A DNA stretch of 57,079 nt from an uncultured Holosporaceae bacterium (GCA_964515175.1 CAZEUR010000003.1:1-57079); one strand, 5' to 3'. Positions 38,607 to 50,690 are shown, counted from the first letter of the stretch. The notes: a model not told the origin generated them from the letters alone. Made by a program: numbers and translations.

Positions 38607-38978
38607 ATGCCGACCATTAACCAGTTGATTCGCAAGCCACGTCGTAAACCCGTTTATCGGGATAAGGTTCCGGCTTTGAAGGAATGCCCTCAGAAGAGAG
38701 GCGTTTGTACCCGTGTGACCACAACAAAACCAAAGAAGCCAAACTCGGCTTTCCGGAAGATTGCGCGTATTCGTTTGACGAATGGCCATGAGGTGACTGG
38801 ATACATTCCTGGAGAAGGGCATAACTTGCAAGAACACTCTGTTGTTTTGATCAGAGGTGGTCGTGTAAAGGACTTGCCAGGTGTTCGTTATCATATCATT
38901 CGTGGAACCTTGGATACCCAAGGTGTTAAAGAGCGTAAGCAAGGCCGTTCCGTATACGGCTGTAAGCGTCCAAAGTAA
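38607..38978 (+). CDS. rpsL: 30S ribosomal protein S12
   Basis: [13 protein letters not shown]...[18 protein letters not shown] is the S12 signature. Confidence 0.99.
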   Translation: MPTINQLIRKPRRKPVYRDKVPALKECPQKRGVCTRVTTTKPKKPNSAFRKIARIRLTNGHEVTGYIPGEGHNLQEHSVVLIRGGRVKDLPGVRYHIIRGTLDTQGVKERKQGRSVYGCKRPK

Positions 38979-38988
38979 TAGGTGTTAA

Positions 38989-39459
38989 ATGTCTCGTCGT
39001 CGTGCCGCAGAAAAACGTGAAATTCTTCCCGATCCAAAGTTCGGGGATAAGGTTGTTGCAAAGTTTGCCAATAGTCTCATGACTCGTGGAAAGAAATCTT
39101 TGGCAGAAAACATCCTTTATGGAGCGTTCGATATCATTCAAAAGAAGTTGGATCGCAATTGTCTTGAGGTTTTCAAGGATGCTTTGGCAAACGTTCGTCC
39201 AGATGTTGAGGTTCGTTCTCGTCGTGTGGGAGGGGCCACGTATCAGGTGCCGACTCCTGTTCCAGGAAACCGGTCTCAAGCTTTGGCTATTCGTTGGATC
39301 ATTGCTATGGCATCCAAGCGGGGCGAAAAGACTATGACAGAAAAAGTTGCTGGTGAATTGATGGATGCTGCCAATAATCGTGGCTCTGCTGTCAAGAAGC
39401 GGGAAGATACCCACAAAATGGCGGATGCAAACCGCGCTTTTGCTCATTATCGGTGGTAG
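38989..39459 (+). CDS. rpsG: 30S ribosomal protein S7
   Basis: [20 protein letters not shown]...[11 protein letters not shown]. Ends with TAG TAG. Confidence 0.99.
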   Translation: MSRRRAAEKREILPDPKFGDKVVAKFANSLMTRGKKSLAENILYGAFDIIQKKLDRNCLEVFKDALANVRPDVEVRSRRVGGATYQVPTPVPGNRSQALAIRWIIAMASKRGEKTMTEKVAGELMDAANNRGSAVKKREDTHKMADANRAFAHYRW

Positions 39460-39465
39460 TAGAAA

Positions 39466-41541
39466 ATGGCTCGTCAAACCCCTCTCAATAAATACCGTAA
39501 CATAGGAATTATGGCCCACATTGATGCGGGCAAGACAACGACAACAGAGCGTATTCTTTACTACACAGGAAAGTCCCATAAAATTGGTGAGGTGCACGAT
39601 GGTGCGGCCACCATGGATTGGATGGAGCAAGAGCAAGAGCGGGGAATCACTATTACCTCTGCGGCAACAACTTGTTTTTGGAATGATTACCGTATCAACA
39701 TTATCGATACTCCCGGCCACGTAGATTTTACGATCGAAGTTGAGCGGTCTTTACGGGTGCTCGATGGCGCTGTGGCTGTGTTTGACAGTGTGGCAGGAGT
39801 TGAGCCTCAATCTGAGACTGTGTGGCGTCAGGCCAATAAATATCACGTACCACGCATGTGTTTTGTGAACAAAATGGACCGTATCGGAGCAAATTTCTAC
39901 CGCTGTGTGGAAATGATCACTAGCCGTCTTGGGTCCGTTCCGTTGGTTCTTCATTTGCCTATTGGATCTGAATCTGAATTTTCCGGTCTTGTTGACCTTG
40001 TGAAAATGAAAGCCATTCGTTGGTTGGATTAGTCTTTGGGAGCAAAGTTTGTCTACGAAGAGATTCCGGCTGATTTGAAAGAAAAAGCAGCAGAATATCG
40101 CGCGAAGCTTATTGAGCTTGCAGTTGAGATGGACGATGAAGCGCTTGAAAAGTATTTAGAAGGGGAAGAGCCTTCTGAGGAAGTTCTGAAGAAATGTATC
40201 CGTAAGGGAACCATTGCTTTGAAGTTTGTGCCGGTTTTGTGTGGAAGTTCTTTCAAGAATAAGGGTGTTCAGCCTCTTCTGGATGCGGTTGTAGACTTCT
40301 TGCCGTCTCCGTTAGATATTGGATCTGTAAAGGCGACAACCCTTAAGGGAGATGAAGAAGTGGAGCGGAAAGCTTCTGATGATGAGCCTTTTTCTGCTTT
40401 GGCTTTCAAAATTATGAACGATCCTTTTGTGGGAACCTTGACATTTATTCGAGTTTATTCCGGAAAGATTGCTTGTGGAGATCAGGTTTTGAACTCAATT
40501 CGCGACCAAAAAGACAGAATTGGTCGCATGCTTCAGATGCACGCCAATAGTCGGGAAGATGTAAAAGAGGCTTATGCAGGTGACATCATCGCTTTGTGTG
40601 GGATGAAGTCTATTACAACAGGAGAGACTCTATGTGATCCTCTGAAGCCTGTGGTTTTGGAGCGTATGGAATTTCCAGATCCAGTGATTGAAGTGGCTGT
40701 TGAGCCAAAATCTAAGGCTGACCAAGAAAGAATGTCTATGGCCTTAAGTCGGTTGGCGGCAGAAGATCCTTCGTTCCGGGTGAGTGTGGATCATGAATCA
40801 GGTCAGACAGTGATTAAGGGGATGGGAGAGCTCCATCTTGAAATCATCGTGGATCGTATGAAGAGGGAATTTAAGGTGGAAGCAAACGTGGGGGCGCCTC
40901 AGGTTGCTTACCGTGAGACGTTAACGAAGCTTACTGAAATTGACTACACCCATAAAAAGCAAAGTGGTGGTGCGGGTCAATTTGGGCGCGTTAAGATTAT
41001 TTTTGAACCTTTAGAGCCCGGCAGCGGCTTTGTTTTTGAGAACAAGATTGTGGGAGGGGCTATCCCTCGGGAATATATTCCTGCTGTTGGAAAGGGAATT
41101 GAATCTGCTATGACATCTGGTCCTGTGGCCGGGTTCCCTCTTATTGATTTCAAAGCGAGCTTGATAGATGGGGCTTACCACGATGTGGATTCTAGCGCCC
41201 TGGCTTTCGAAATTGCGGGTCGTGCAGCTTTCCGTGAAGGGGCTACAAAGGCGAGCCCTCGATTGCTAGAGCCTATCATGAAGGTTGAAGTCGTGACGCC
41301 GGAAGACTATATGGGAGATATCATTGGAGATCTGAATAGTCGTCGTGGTCAGATCACAGGAATGGAAAGTCAAGCGAATGCGCGGGTTATTTCTGCTATG
41401 GTGCCCCTGGCTAGCATGTTTGGATACGTGAATAATTTGCGGTCCATGAGCCAAGGGCGCGCGCAGTATACAATGCAGTTTGATCACTATGAGCAAGTGC
41501 CGCAAGCTGTGGCGGAACAAGTAAAAGCAAAAGTAGCTTAG
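39466..41541 (+). pseudogene. fusA: elongation factor G, interrupted by one in-frame TAG (40030-40032) and otherwise full length; formally disrupted, functional status unknown
   Basis: Track ORFs 39466-40032 and 40036-41541 are in the same frame. The joined sequence has [18 protein letters not shown] and all EF-G domains. Junction: ...[22 protein letters not shown]. Confidence 0.9.
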
Positions 41542-41542
41542 G

Positions 41543-42750
41543 AAGAGGAGTTAAGAAGAATGGCAAAAGCGAAATTTGAGAGAAAGAAGCCACATTGTAA
41601 CGTGGGAACGATAGGGCACGTGGACCACGGGAAGACGTCCTTGACAGCGGCGATTACAAAGATTTTGGCGAAGAAGGGATATGCAGAGTTCCGGGCTTAT
41701 GATCAGATTGACGCAGCGCCAGAAGAGAAAGCAAGAGGGATCACGATTTCAACGGCACACGTTGAATATGAAACAGACCCACGGCATTATGCGCATGTGG
41801 ATTGTCCAGGACACGCAGACTATGTAAAGAACATGATCACCGGAGCGGCGCAGATGGACGGAGCGATTTTGGTGGTATCAGCAGCAGATGGGCCTATGCC
41901 CCAGACACGTGAGCACATAGTGTTGGCGCGTCAGGTGGGAGTGCCTGCGTTGTGTGTGTTTTTGAACAAGTGCGACATGGTGGACGATCCAGAGTTGTTG
42001 GATTTGGTTGAGATGGAAGTGAGGGAGTTGCTGAGTCAGTACAATTTTCCTGGGGACGAAGTTCCGATCATCAGAGGATCTGCGTTGTGTGCATTGGAAG
42101 ATAAGAACCCCGAGTTGGGAGAGAATGCAATTTTGAAGTTGATGGAGAGCGTAGACAGCTATATTCCACAACCTAAGAGAGACATCGACAAGCCGTTTTT
42201 GATGCCTGTAGAGGATGTGTTTTCAATATCTGGTCGAGGAACAGTAGTGACCGGAAGAATCGAGCAAGGTGTTGTGAAGGTTGGAGAAGAGATCGAGATT
42301 ATCGGGATCAAGCCAACAGTGAAGACGGTGGTGACTGGTGTGGAGATGTTCCGTAAGTTGCTGGATCGAGGAGAAGCGGGAGACAACGTTGGGCTTCTTT
42401 TGAGGGGGACGAAGAGAGAAGATGTGGAGCGTGGGCAAGTAATGGCAGCGCCCGGGAGCATCAAGCCACACACGAAGTTTATGTGTGAGGCGTATATCTT
42501 GACGAAGGAAGAAGGAGGGCGTCATACACCATTCTTCACGAACTATCGTCCACAGTTTTATTTCAGAACGACAGATGTGACCGGACAAGTAGTTTTGCCA
42601 GCCGGGACAGAGATGGTAATGCCTGGAGATAACATAACAATGGAAGTGCAATTGATAGCGCCCATTGCGATGAATGAAGGGCTTCGCTTTGCGATCAGAG
42701 AAGGTGGTCGTACGGTTGGTGCCGGCGTTGTCTCTAAAATTATTGAGTAG
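41543..42750 (+). repeat. 1.2-kb direct repeat, copy 2 (tuf plus 17 nt of leader)
   Basis: Matches 24596-25803. The sense protein is identical, and so are the antisense track ORFs in other frames. Confidence 0.9.
41560..42750 (+). CDS. tuf: elongation factor Tu (copy 2, str operon)
   Basis: 396 aa, identical to copy 1. Follows fusA as in tufA-type loci. Confidence 0.99.
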   Translation: MAKAKFERKKPHCNVGTIGHVDHGKTSLTAAITKILAKKGYAEFRAYDQIDAAPEEKARGITISTAHVEYETDPRHYAHVDCPGHADYVKNMITGAAQMDGAILVVSAADGPMPQTREHIVLARQVGVPALCVFLNKCDMVDDPELLDLVEMEVRELLSQYNFPGDEVPIIRGSALCALEDKNPELGENAILKLMESVDSYIPQPKRDIDKPFLMPVEDVFSISGRGTVVTGRIEQGVVKVGEEIEIIGIKPTVKTVVTGVEMFRKLLDRGEAGDNVGLLLRGTKREDVERGQVMAAPGSIKPHTKFMCEAYILTKEEGGRHTPFFTNYRPQFYFRTTDVTGQVVLPAGTEMVMPGDNITMEVQLIAPIAMNEGLRFAIREGGRTVGAGVVSKIIE

Positions 42751-42782
42751 CATTAGAAAATACGGGATGAGGGTAAAGTAAA

Positions 42783-43091
42783 ATGGAAGGACAGAAGATA
42801 CGGATTCGATTGAGGGCTTACGACTATCGCATGTTGGATCAGTCTGCTCATGAGATTGTAGATACGGCGCGCCGTACAGGAGCGTTGGTGTGTGGACCGA
42901 TTCCTTTACCCACGGCGATTCAAAAATTTACGGTGAATCGTGGGCCTCACATTGATAAGAAGGCGCGGGAACAGTTTGAAATTCGTACCCACAAGCGCGT
43001 TTTGGACATTGTTGATTGGACACCTCAGACGGTGGACGCTCTAATGAAATTAGAGTTGGCCTCTGGTGTTGATGTTGAAATTAAGCTGTAG
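42783..43091 (+). CDS. rpsJ: 30S ribosomal protein S10
   Basis: [31 protein letters not shown]. First gene of the S10 operon. Confidence 0.98.
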   Translation: MEGQKIRIRLRAYDYRMLDQSAHEIVDTARRTGALVCGPIPLPTAIQKFTVNRGPHIDKKAREQFEIRTHKRVLDIVDWTPQTVDALMKLELASGVDVEIKL

Positions 43092-43103
43092 GAGCATTTC
43101 TAA

Positions 43104-43745
43104 ATGAGAACCGGATTAGTGGCAGAAAAGCTAGGAATGATGAGGCTCTTTGACGAAAAGGGCGAACATGTTCCTGTGACTGTTTTGAATGTGGACCGCT
43201 GCCAGGTGGTAGGTCAAAAGACTCAGGATGTTCACGGGTATGAGGCAGTGCAGTTAGGGTATGGCCAAGGACGCGTGAAATCTTTAAATAAAGCTCAGAA
43301 GGAGTTTTATGCAAAACTAAAAGTGGAACCTAAAAAAGGATTACAAGAATTCCGCGTATCTAAAGATAATCTTTTAGAAGTGGGGCTTGAGCTCAAAGCG
43401 GATCATTTTCAAGTGGGTCAATTCATAGATGTGAGCGCAACATCCATCGGTAAAGGATTTGCGGGTGGTATGAAGCGCCACAACTTTGCAGGAAACCGGG
43501 CGTCCCATGGAGCATCTGTGTGTCACCGGTCTCTGGGAGCCACGGGGCAACGTCAAGATCCCGGAAAAGTGTTTAAAGGCAAAAAAATGCCTGGACATTT
43601 GGGCGCAGAAAAGGTAACTATTCAAAACCTTAAAGTTGTACAGATTGATGCCGAGCGAGGGCTTATGTTTGTCCATGGGGCCATCCCTGGACACAAGGGT
43701 TCCAAAGTGCTTGTGCGTGATGCAGTTAAGAAACAAGGCAAATAG
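43104..43745 (+). CDS. rplC: 50S ribosomal protein L3
   Basis: [28 protein letters not shown] and [13 protein letters not shown]. Confidence 0.98.
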   Translation: MRTGLVAEKLGMMRLFDEKGEHVPVTVLNVDRCQVVGQKTQDVHGYEAVQLGYGQGRVKSLNKAQKEFYAKLKVEPKKGLQEFRVSKDNLLEVGLELKADHFQVGQFIDVSATSIGKGFAGGMKRHNFAGNRASHGASVCHRSLGATGQRQDPGKVFKGKKMPGHLGAEKVTIQNLKVVQIDAERGLMFVHGAIPGHKGSKVLVRDAVKKQGK

Positions 43746-43760
43746 AGTAAGGATTGTTCC

Positions 43761-44381
43761 ATGAAATGGGATGTTAAAAATTTAGAGAATGAAGTGGTTG
43801 GAAAGATTGACCTGAGCCAAGATATTTTTGGCGTGGCTGTTCGTCCTGACATTTTGCACCGTATGATTCGCTGGCAGCAAGCGAAAGCGCGTTCAGGTAA
43901 TCACCAAACAAAAGAAATTTGGGCGGTGAGTGGAACCACAAAAAAGCCTTTTAAGCAAAAAGGCACAGGACGTGCCCGTCAGGGAAGTCTTCGTGGACCT
44001 CACATGAGAGGCGGGGCTGTTGTTTTTGGTCCTCATAAAAGAGATCACAGCTTTGATCTTCCTAAGAAGGTTCGTAAGCTGGCACTCAAGACGGCGTTGG
44101 CATCCAAGTGCGCCGAGGGTAAACTGATTGTTCTGGATTCTTTTATTTTAGCAGAAGCAAAAGCAAAATTCTTGTCTGGAAAAATTGAGAAGAATGGCTG
44201 GCAGAAGCCTCTCTTTATTGACGGGACTGAGTTGAATGAAAATTTTTCAAGAGCAGCAGGAAACTTAGAGAATGTACATCTGTTGCCTCAACAAGGAGCA
44301 AATGTGCAGAGTATTTTGAAATGTAGCACTCTTATTCTTTCCAAAGATGCTGTTCAACATTTAGAGGCGCGACTCGCATGA
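43761..44381 (+). CDS. rplD: 50S ribosomal protein L4
   Basis: [31 protein letters not shown]. Confidence 0.98.
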   Translation: MKWDVKNLENEVVGKIDLSQDIFGVAVRPDILHRMIRWQQAKARSGNHQTKEIWAVSGTTKKPFKQKGTGRARQGSLRGPHMRGGAVVFGPHKRDHSFDLPKKVRKLALKTALASKCAEGKLIVLDSFILAEAKAKFLSGKIEKNGWQKPLFIDGTELNENFSRAAGNLENVHLLPQQGANVQSILKCSTLILSKDAVQHLEARLA

Positions 44382-44692
44382 AATCTGTAAATAAAAAACA
44401 GCCAACTCTAAGAGCTTATGATGTTATTCGGGCTCCTCTGATCACAGAGAAGGCGACAAATTTGACGCAATTCAATCAATATAGTTTTGAAGTATTGCGT
44501 GATGCAACGAAACCAGAGATTAAACAAGCTGTTGAGCAGCTTTTTAAGGTGGATGTGCTTGCTGTTAACACCGCTGTTGTTAAAGGTAAGAAGAAAGTGT
44601 TTAAAGGTCGTCGGGGACAACGCTCTGATTATAAGAAGGCGATTGTTCGGCTTAAAGTGGGCCAGACCCTTGATGTAAGTGTGGGAATCTAA
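44378..44692 (+). CDS. rplW: 50S ribosomal protein L23
   Basis: [16 protein letters not shown]...[24 protein letters not shown]. Confidence 0.97.
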   Translation: MKSVNKKQPTLRAYDVIRAPLITEKATNLTQFNQYSFEVLRDATKPEIKQAVEQLFKVDVLAVNTAVVKGKKKVFKGRRGQRSDYKKAIVRLKVGQTLDVSVGI

Positions 44693-44694
44693 TT

Positions 44695-45510
44695 ATGGCG
44701 TTGAAAACTTTTAATCCTATAACCCCATCAACGCGCCAATTGGTGCAGGTGGATCGTTCTGATTTGTGGAAGGGTAAACCTCTTAAGGCCTTGACTGTCG
44801 GTAAGTCTAAGACAGGTGGTCGTAATAATAATGGTCGTATTACATCGCGTCGCATGGGGGGAGGGCATAAACAGTCTTACCGCATCATAGATTTTAAGCG
44901 TCAAAAAGTTGATGTTCCGGCGGTGGTTGAGCGAATTGAGTATGATCCGAACAGAACCTGTCATATTGCTCTTATTCGCTATGAAGATGGTGTTTTGTCC
45001 TACATTCTGGCTCCTCAAAGGTTGGCAGTAGGAGACACAGTTGTTTCTGGAACATCTGCCGATATTAAGCCAGGAAACGCGCTTCCTCTATCAAGCATTC
45101 CCATGGGAACCATCGTTCACAATGTGGAAATGAAGGTAGGTAAGGGAGGGCAGATTGCTCGTTCTGCGGGAACTTACGTTCAGTATGTTGGTCGTGATAC
45201 GGGGTATGCCCTTCTGCGACTGAGTTCTGGGGAGGTTCGTATGGTGCGTCTTGAATGTATGGCGACGGTTGGTGCGGTTTCTAACCCGGATGAAAAAAAC
45301 ACAAACCTCGGGAAAGCTGGGCGCAGTCGCTGGCTTGGAATTAGGCCAAGTGTTCGTGGTATTGCGATGAATCCGGTCGATCACCCTCATGGAGGTCGTA
45401 CAAATGGTGGTCGTCACCCAGTGACGCCATGGGGTCAGCATACTAAAGGTAAAAAGACACGTAAAAACAAGACCTCTGAGAAGTGGGTCATTAGTCGTCG
45501 AAAGAAGTAA
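44695..45510 (+). CDS. rplB: 50S ribosomal protein L2
   Basis: [17 protein letters not shown]...[26 protein letters not shown]. Confidence 0.99.
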   Translation: MALKTFNPITPSTRQLVQVDRSDLWKGKPLKALTVGKSKTGGRNNNGRITSRRMGGGHKQSYRIIDFKRQKVDVPAVVERIEYDPNRTCHIALIRYEDGVLSYILAPQRLAVGDTVVSGTSADIKPGNALPLSSIPMGTIVHNVEMKVGKGGQIARSAGTYVQYVGRDTGYALLRLSSGEVRMVRLECMATVGAVSNPDEKNTNLGKAGRSRWLGIRPSVRGIAMNPVDHPHGGRTNGGRHPVTPWGQHTKGKKTRKNKTSEKWVISRRKK

Positions 45511-45521
45511 GGAGTAGTTAA

Positions 45522-45806
45522 GTGGCACGTTCAGTTTGGAAAGGTCCTTTTGTTGACGGATATCTCTTGAAAAAAGCAGAGACTGTCATGAATTCTGGCC
45601 GCAAAGATGTTGTGAAGACGTGGTCTCGGAGATCAACAATTCTTCCGCAGTTTGTTGGCGTAACCTTTGGGGTTCACAATGGTCATAAGTTTGTCCCTGT
45701 GTTTGTAACAGAGAACATGATCGGGCATAAGTTGGGTGAGTTTTCTCCAACCCGTACCTTCCATGGACACTCTGGCGACAAAAAAGCGCAAAAAGGATCT
45801 AAATAA
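45522..45806 (+). CDS. rpsS: 30S ribosomal protein S19
   Basis: GTG start after [17 protein letters not shown]...[16 protein letters not shown]. Confidence 0.98.
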   Translation: MARSVWKGPFVDGYLLKKAETVMNSGRKDVVKTWSRRSTILPQFVGVTFGVHNGHKFVPVFVTENMIGHKLGEFSPTRTFHGHSGDKKAQKGSK

Positions 45807-46186
45807 TGAGTAAGAAAGCACTTCCAAGACAGCTCTCTGATCGTGAAGCGATGGCTTCCGCTAAGGCAATCCGAGTGTCTCCTCAAAAACTTAATCTGGT
45901 GGCAGGACTTATTCGCAATAAGTCTGTGGGTGATGCCATGGCACAGCTGACATTTTCTAAAAAGCGTATTGCAGGAGATGTGAAAAAGATTCTCATGTCA
46001 GCAATCGCGAATGCAGAAAATAACTATCAGCTGGACGTGGACCGTCTTTATGTTTCTGAAGTTAATGTGGGGAAAGCACTTATTATGAAAAGATTTATGC
46101 CCCGTGCAAAAGGCAGAGGTGTTCGTATCGTGAAGCCTTTTAGCAATTTAAAGATTACTGTGCAACAACGTGAGGAGTTAGCCTAA
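45806..46186 (+). CDS. rplV: 50S ribosomal protein L22
   Basis: [33 protein letters not shown]. 1-nt overlap with rpsS. Confidence 0.97.
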   Translation: MSKKALPRQLSDREAMASAKAIRVSPQKLNLVAGLIRNKSVGDAMAQLTFSKKRIAGDVKKILMSAIANAENNYQLDVDRLYVSEVNVGKALIMKRFMPRAKGRGVRIVKPFSNLKITVQQREELA

Positions 46187-46866
46187 TGGGTCAAAAAGTT
46201 AATCCAATATCTTTGCGCTTAAAAGTAAATAGAACTTGGGATTCTCGTTGGTATGCATCTGACCGTGATTACGGGACTTATTTGCATCAAGATATTAAAA
46301 TAAGAGAGTTTATTTTTGAGAAATTAAAGCAGTCTGCGGTTTCTAAGGTTGTAATTGAGCGACCAAACAAGAAAGCTCGCATCACTATCTATTCTGCTCG
46401 TCCCGGCATGATTATCGGGAAAAAGGGAACAGACATTGATAAGCTTAAGTCTGACTTGGGCAAGATCTCTGGATCTGAGGTGACTCTTAATATTCTTGAG
46501 GTGAGAAAGCCAGAGTTAGATGCAAAGTTAGTGGCTGATTCTATTGCGCAGCAGCTAGAGCGTCGCGTTTCTTTCCGGCGAGCCATGAAGAAAGCTGTAA
46601 GTTCAGCTTTGAAGCTTGGGGCGCTGGGGATTCGAATTAACTGCTCAGGGCGTCTGGGTGGAAGCGAAATCGCTCGTATGGAATGGTACCGCGAAGGACG
46701 TGTTCCTTTGCATACATTGCGGGCAGATATCGACTATGGTGTGTCAACAGCCTTTACGACGTATGGAACTTGTGGTATTAAGGTATGGATTTTTAAAGGC
46801 GAAATTATGGAACATGATCCTATGGCTCAGGATCGTCGTGTTCGTGAAAACGCTGTAAATAGGTAG
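46186..46866 (+). CDS. rpsC: 30S ribosomal protein S3
   Basis: [24 protein letters not shown] and the KH domain [14 protein letters not shown]. Confidence 0.99.
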   Translation: MGQKVNPISLRLKVNRTWDSRWYASDRDYGTYLHQDIKIREFIFEKLKQSAVSKVVIERPNKKARITIYSARPGMIIGKKGTDIDKLKSDLGKISGSEVTLNILEVRKPELDAKLVADSIAQQLERRVSFRRAMKKAVSSALKLGALGIRINCSGRLGGSEIARMEWYREGRVPLHTLRADIDYGVSTAFTTYGTCGIKVWIFKGEIMEHDPMAQDRRVRENAVNR

Positions 46867-46881
46867 ATTTAGGGTAAAATT

Positions 46882-47292
46882 ATGTTAGCGCCGAAGCGTA
46901 CAAAATATAGAAAAGCATTTAAAGGCCGGATTCACGGAATGGCGAAGAGTGCGACAACTGTGGATTTTGGAAGTTATGGGTTAAAAGCCTTGACTGCGGA
47001 CCGTGTGACAGCCCGTCAGATTGAAGCGGCTCGTCGTGCCATTACCCGTGAATTAAAACGTGTGGGTCGTGTTTTTATCCGGATTTTTCCTGATGTTCCT
47101 GTTTCTCAAAAGCCGGCAGAAGTGCGTATGGGTAAGGGAAAAGGATCTCCAGAGTTTTGGGCGTGCCGTGTCAAGCCAGGTCGTGTGATGTTTGAGATTG
47201 ATGGGGTTGATGAGGCTTTGGCCCGTTCTGCGTGTCGGTTGGCTGCGGCGAAACTTCCTGTGCAGACCAAGTTTGTGACCCGTATAAAGTAA
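46882..47292 (+). CDS. rplP: 50S ribosomal protein L16
   Basis: [19 protein letters not shown]...[12 protein letters not shown]. Confidence 0.99.
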   Translation: MLAPKRTKYRKAFKGRIHGMAKSATTVDFGSYGLKALTADRVTARQIEAARRAITRELKRVGRVFIRIFPDVPVSQKPAEVRMGKGKGSPEFWACRVKPGRVMFEIDGVDEALARSACRLAAAKLPVQTKFVTRIK

Positions 47293-47301
47293 GAGTTGAA
47301 A

Positions 47302-47508
47302 ATGAAAATAAAAGAGCTTCGTGCAAAAAAGACAGAAGATTTGAAGACTTTGGTGGCTGACCTCAAGAAAGAAGCCCTTAATCTTCGTTTTCAGCAGACC
47401 ACAGGTCAGCTGATGAATACATCACGCGTGAGGGAAGTGCGTCGCACCGTTGCTCGCGCACAAACACTATTGGTAGAAAAAGTTAACGCGAAAGTCGCGA
47501 AAAGGTAA
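47302..47508 (+). CDS. rpmC: 50S ribosomal protein L29
   Basis: [14 protein letters not shown]...[15 protein letters not shown] prefer the ATG at 47302 (AAGAG 6 nt upstream) over the track's TTG at 47296. Confidence 0.95.
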   Translation: MKIKELRAKKTEDLKTLVADLKKEALNLRFQQTTGQLMNTSRVREVRRTVARAQTLLVEKVNAKVAKR

Positions 47509-47516
47509 GGATTCAG

Positions 47517-47762
47517 ATGCCCCGTCGTATATTGCAAGGTGTTGTTGTAAGTGATAAGTGTGATAAAACACTTATTGTGAAGGTAGATCGTCGTGTTATG
47601 CACCCTGTGTATAAGAAGTATGTGACGAAATCAAAAAAATATGCAGCTCATGATGAGGTCAATGCTTTTAAAGAAGGGCAGCTGGTCCGCATTCAGGAGT
47701 GTCGCCCTATTTCCAAGCGGAAACGTTGGGAAGTTTTGAGCGGCGCCGAGAAACAATCTTAA
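47517..47762 (+). CDS. rpsQ: 30S ribosomal protein S17
   Basis: [34 protein letters not shown]. Confidence 0.98.
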   Translation: MPRRILQGVVVSDKCDKTLIVKVDRRVMHPVYKKYVTKSKKYAAHDEVNAFKEGQLVRIQECRPISKRKRWEVLSGAEKQS

Positions 47763-47778
47763 AGATTAGGAAAAAATC

Positions 47779-48147
47779 ATGATTCAGATGCAAACAAATC
47801 TACAAGTGGCCGATAACTCTGGTGCTCGGCGCGTGCAGTGTATTAAGGTTTTGGGCGGCTCTAAGCGCAGAACAGCCTCCATTGGTGATATCATCGTTGT
47901 GAGCGTGAAAGAGGCTATTCCTCGTGGGAAAGTAACAAAGGGAAGCGTTCATAAGGCGGTTATCGTGCGTACGGCAAAGGGAATCTGTCGAAATGATGGA
48001 TCTAAAATTTGCTTTGATGACAATGCAGCTGTTTTGCTGAATAACCAGGGAGAGCCCATTGGCACCCGTATTTTTGGTCCTGTAACCCGTGAGTTGCGTG
48101 GCAAGAACTTTATGAAAATTATTTCTTTAGCGCCGGAGGTCTTGTAA
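47779..48147 (+). CDS. rplN: 50S ribosomal protein L14
   Basis: [28 protein letters not shown]. Confidence 0.99.
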   Translation: MIQMQTNLQVADNSGARRVQCIKVLGGSKRRTASIGDIIVVSVKEAIPRGKVTKGSVHKAVIVRTAKGICRNDGSKICFDDNAAVLLNNQGEPIGTRIFGPVTRELRGKNFMKIISLAPEVL

Positions 48148-48149
48148 AA

Positions 48150-48473
48150 ATGGTTAAGAATTTCCATATAAAGAAGGGTGACAAGGTCGTTGTGACGACG
48201 GGTCAGCACAAGGGAAAGCAAGGGGATGTCCTGAAGATTCTTCGGGAAGAAAATCGTGCTCTTGTTCAGGGTGTTAATATGGTAACACGGCATTTAAGGC
48301 CAAGTGCGCAACATCCTGAAGGTATTGTGAAAAAAGAAGCATCTATTCATGTTTCCAACTTGGCACATGTGGATGTAGAGTCAGGAAAGCCCAGTCGTAT
48401 GGGGGTAAAGATCCTGAAAGATGGACAAAAAGTAAGAGTTTTGAAGCGATCTGGAAAGCAGATCGGTAACTAA
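48150..48473 (+). CDS. rplX: 50S ribosomal protein L24
   Basis: IKKGDKVVVTTGQHKGKQGDVLKI (KOW motif). spc-operon position. Confidence 0.97.
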   Translation: MVKNFHIKKGDKVVVTTGQHKGKQGDVLKILREENRALVQGVNMVTRHLRPSAQHPEGIVKKEASIHVSNLAHVDVESGKPSRMGVKILKDGQKVRVLKRSGKQIGN

Positions 48474-48491
48474 TAAGGAAGAGAGTTTTAA

Positions 48492-49031
48492 ATGGCGCGG
48501 CTTCGTGAACTTTATAATGGGACTTTAAAAAGCGAGTTGATCAAGAAGTTCAACTACAAAAGCCCCATGGAGGCTCCTCGCCTTCAGAAAATTGTTTTGA
48601 ATATGGGGCTTGGGGATGCGGCTCGTGACAGTAAGAAAGTGACAGCTGCTGCAACTGAGATGGGAATTATTGCGGGTCAAAAACCCATTGTCACGAAGGC
48701 ACGGAAATCCATCGCCGGATTTAAGCTCCGCGAGGGTATGGACCTTGGGGTCAAGGTTACCTTGCGAGGGGAGCAAATGTATGAGTTTTTGGATCGCCTG
48801 GTGACGATCGCTCTTCCTCGAGTGCGCGATTTCAGAGGTGTCTCTGCGCGCAGTTTTGATGGACGCGGAAACTACTCTTTGGGCATTAAAGAGCAGATAG
48901 TTTTTCCAGAAATTGACTACGATAAGATTGATCAAATTCGTGGATTAGATGTGGTGATTGTGACGACAGCTAAATCGAATTCGGAAGCACAAGAACTTTT
49001 AAAGGGCCTTGGTATGCCCTTTACAAATTAG
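48492..49031 (+). CDS. rplE: 50S ribosomal protein L5
   Basis: [41 protein letters not shown]. Confidence 0.99.
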   Translation: MARLRELYNGTLKSELIKKFNYKSPMEAPRLQKIVLNMGLGDAARDSKKVTAAATEMGIIAGQKPIVTKARKSIAGFKLREGMDLGVKVTLRGEQMYEFLDRLVTIALPRVRDFRGVSARSFDGRGNYSLGIKEQIVFPEIDYDKIDQIRGLDVVIVTTAKSNSEAQELLKGLGMPFTN

Positions 49032-49042
49032 GAGATTAAAAG

Positions 49043-49348
49043 ATGGCAAAGAAAAGTGCTATTGAGAATAACAACAAAAAGCGTGATCTGACAAAGAAGT
49101 TTGCGAAGAAGCGAGCGGCTTTGAAGGCCATTGTTTTGGATAGGTCTTTGTCTGTTGATGAGCATTTTGTGGCAACTTTAAAGCTTGCGGGCTTGCCACG
49201 GAATGGATCTTCTACTCGTATACGCAATCGTTGTGCTTTGTCGGGGCGCCCTCGGGGGTATTATCGCAAGCTTGGATTGTCTCGTATCGCACTGAGAGAT
49301 TTAGCGGCTTCTGGAATGATTCCAGGTATGACGAAATCAAGTTGGTAA
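49043..49348 (+). CDS. rpsN: 30S ribosomal protein S14 (long, non-zinc form)
   Basis: 101 aa with [41 protein letters not shown]. Confidence 0.98.
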   Translation: MAKKSAIENNNKKRDLTKKFAKKRAALKAIVLDRSLSVDEHFVATLKLAGLPRNGSSTRIRNRCALSGRPRGYYRKLGLSRIALRDLAASGMIPGMTKSSW

Positions 49349-49360
49349 AGGATTAATAAA

Positions 49361-49759
49361 ATGACAATGACAGACCCAATTGCAGATTTGATCACAAGGA
49401 TTCGAAATGCGCAGCGTGTTGGAAAAGCGACAACTACTTGTCTTTTTTCAAAGTTAGGTATGAATGTTCTTGAGGTTTTAAAAGAAGAAGGATATATCCG
49501 TTCTTATAAAGCCCAATCAGTTCGGGAGGGCATCTCTGAGATCGTTGTTGATCTTAAGTACTTTGAAGGTGCTCCTGCCATTAACACGATTAAGAAAGTC
49601 TCAAAGCCGGGACGCAGAACCTATTCTTCTATTGGAAAAGTTCCGCGCATTTGTAATGGGTTGGGAATTTCTATTTTGTCTACATCTAAGGGTGTTTTAT
49701 CAGATGCACAAGCCAAAGACCAAAATGTTGGTGGCGAAATCTTGTGCCAGGTGTTTTAA
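49361..49759 (+). CDS. rpsH: 30S ribosomal protein S8
   Basis: MTMTDPIADLITRIRNAQRV. Confidence 0.98.
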   Translation: MTMTDPIADLITRIRNAQRVGKATTTCLFSKLGMNVLEVLKEEGYIRSYKAQSVREGISEIVVDLKYFEGAPAINTIKKVSKPGRRTYSSIGKVPRICNGLGISILSTSKGVLSDAQAKDQNVGGEILCQVF

Positions 49760-49775
49760 AAGGTAAGGAATCGAA

Positions 49776-50309
49776 ATGTCACGTATTGGAAAACATCCTG
49801 TAGCAATCCCCGCCGGCGTTACGGTAGAATTAGCTGGCAATATCATTAAGGCGAAGGGAAAGTTGGGCGAATTAAATTTTAATGCGTCTGATTTCGTTGT
49901 CTTGTCCGTTGAAGATAATCAAGTGGTTGTGAAGCCAAAAGATGAAACTCAGCAGTCTCGTATGCATTGGGGCACGGCCCGGAATATCGTTCGTAACTTG
50001 ATTGAGGGTGTAAATCAAGGGTTCACCATTAACTTGGAAATTTTTGGTGTGGGCTACAAAGCCGCCATGCAAGGGAATGACCTTGTTATGCAGCTTGGAT
50101 TCAGCCACGAAGTTCGGTATAAGATTCCACAAGGGATCGCTGTAAAGTGTGAAAAGCCAACATCTATTTCTGTTCATGGGGCTGATCGTCAATTAGTAGG
50201 ACAGGTGGCTGCAGAAATTAGAGGTTACAAAAAACCAGAGCCTTATAAAGGTAAGGGAATTATGTACGCAAATGAGAAGATCATTCGTAAAGAAGGAAAG
50301 AAGAAGTAA
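49776..50309 (+). CDS. rplF: 50S ribosomal protein L6
   Basis: [19 protein letters not shown]...[22 protein letters not shown]. Confidence 0.98.
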   Translation: MSRIGKHPVAIPAGVTVELAGNIIKAKGKLGELNFNASDFVVLSVEDNQVVVKPKDETQQSRMHWGTARNIVRNLIEGVNQGFTINLEIFGVGYKAAMQGNDLVMQLGFSHEVRYKIPQGIAVKCEKPTSISVHGADRQLVGQVAAEIRGYKKPEPYKGKGIMYANEKIIRKEGKKK

Positions 50310-50311
50310 AA

Positions 50312-50677
50312 ATGGCTGATAGAAAGGAATTGCTGCAACGTCGTCGGTATCGTGCCCGGCTGAATCTTAAGAAGCTTGCAAAGACGGAGAAGCCTCGCTT
50401 GTCTGTCTTTAGGTCTAATTTCCATATCTATGCGCAGCTCATAGATGATCAGAAAGGGATTACTTTAGCTTCTGCTTCTTCTTTAGATAAAGATCTTAAG
50501 GGGAAAGTGAAAAAAGGATGGGATGTGGCGGCCGCGGAACTTATTGGGAAAGTGGTTGCGGAAAAAGCCCAGAAGATCGGTGTTAAAGCTGTTCTTTTTG
50601 ATCGTGGGCCTTATGTGTATCATGGACGAATAAAAGCTTTGGCCATGGGTGCCCGAGCTGGTGGATTAGAATTTTAA
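50312..50677 (+). CDS. rplR: 50S ribosomal protein L18
   Basis: [19 protein letters not shown]...[26 protein letters not shown]. Confidence 0.98.
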   Translation: MADRKELLQRRRYRARLNLKKLAKTEKPRLSVFRSNFHIYAQLIDDQKGITLASASSLDKDLKGKVKKGWDVAAAELIGKVVAEKAQKIGVKAVLFDRGPYVYHGRIKALAMGARAGGLEF

Positions 50678-50690
50678 GGATAGAAAAATT

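Noticed and set aside
38926-39720. 264-aa antisense ORF across rpsG/fusA. Similar long antisense ORFs occur in rpoB (31394-31936), rpoC (35804-36391, 35632-36087) and tuf (42223-42753, 25276-25704).
   Set aside because: They lie opposite highly conserved genes, have odd compositions (Cys/His/Arg-rich) and lack SD sequences. These are typical shadow ORFs.
40030-40032. Idea that TAG is reassigned to a sense codon (or pyrrolysine-like recoding) in this organism, explaining the fusA interruption.
   Set aside because: TAG terminates both tuf copies, rpsG (TAG TAG), nusG, rpsC, rplE and rplQ at exactly the expected protein lengths, so it is a normal stop here.
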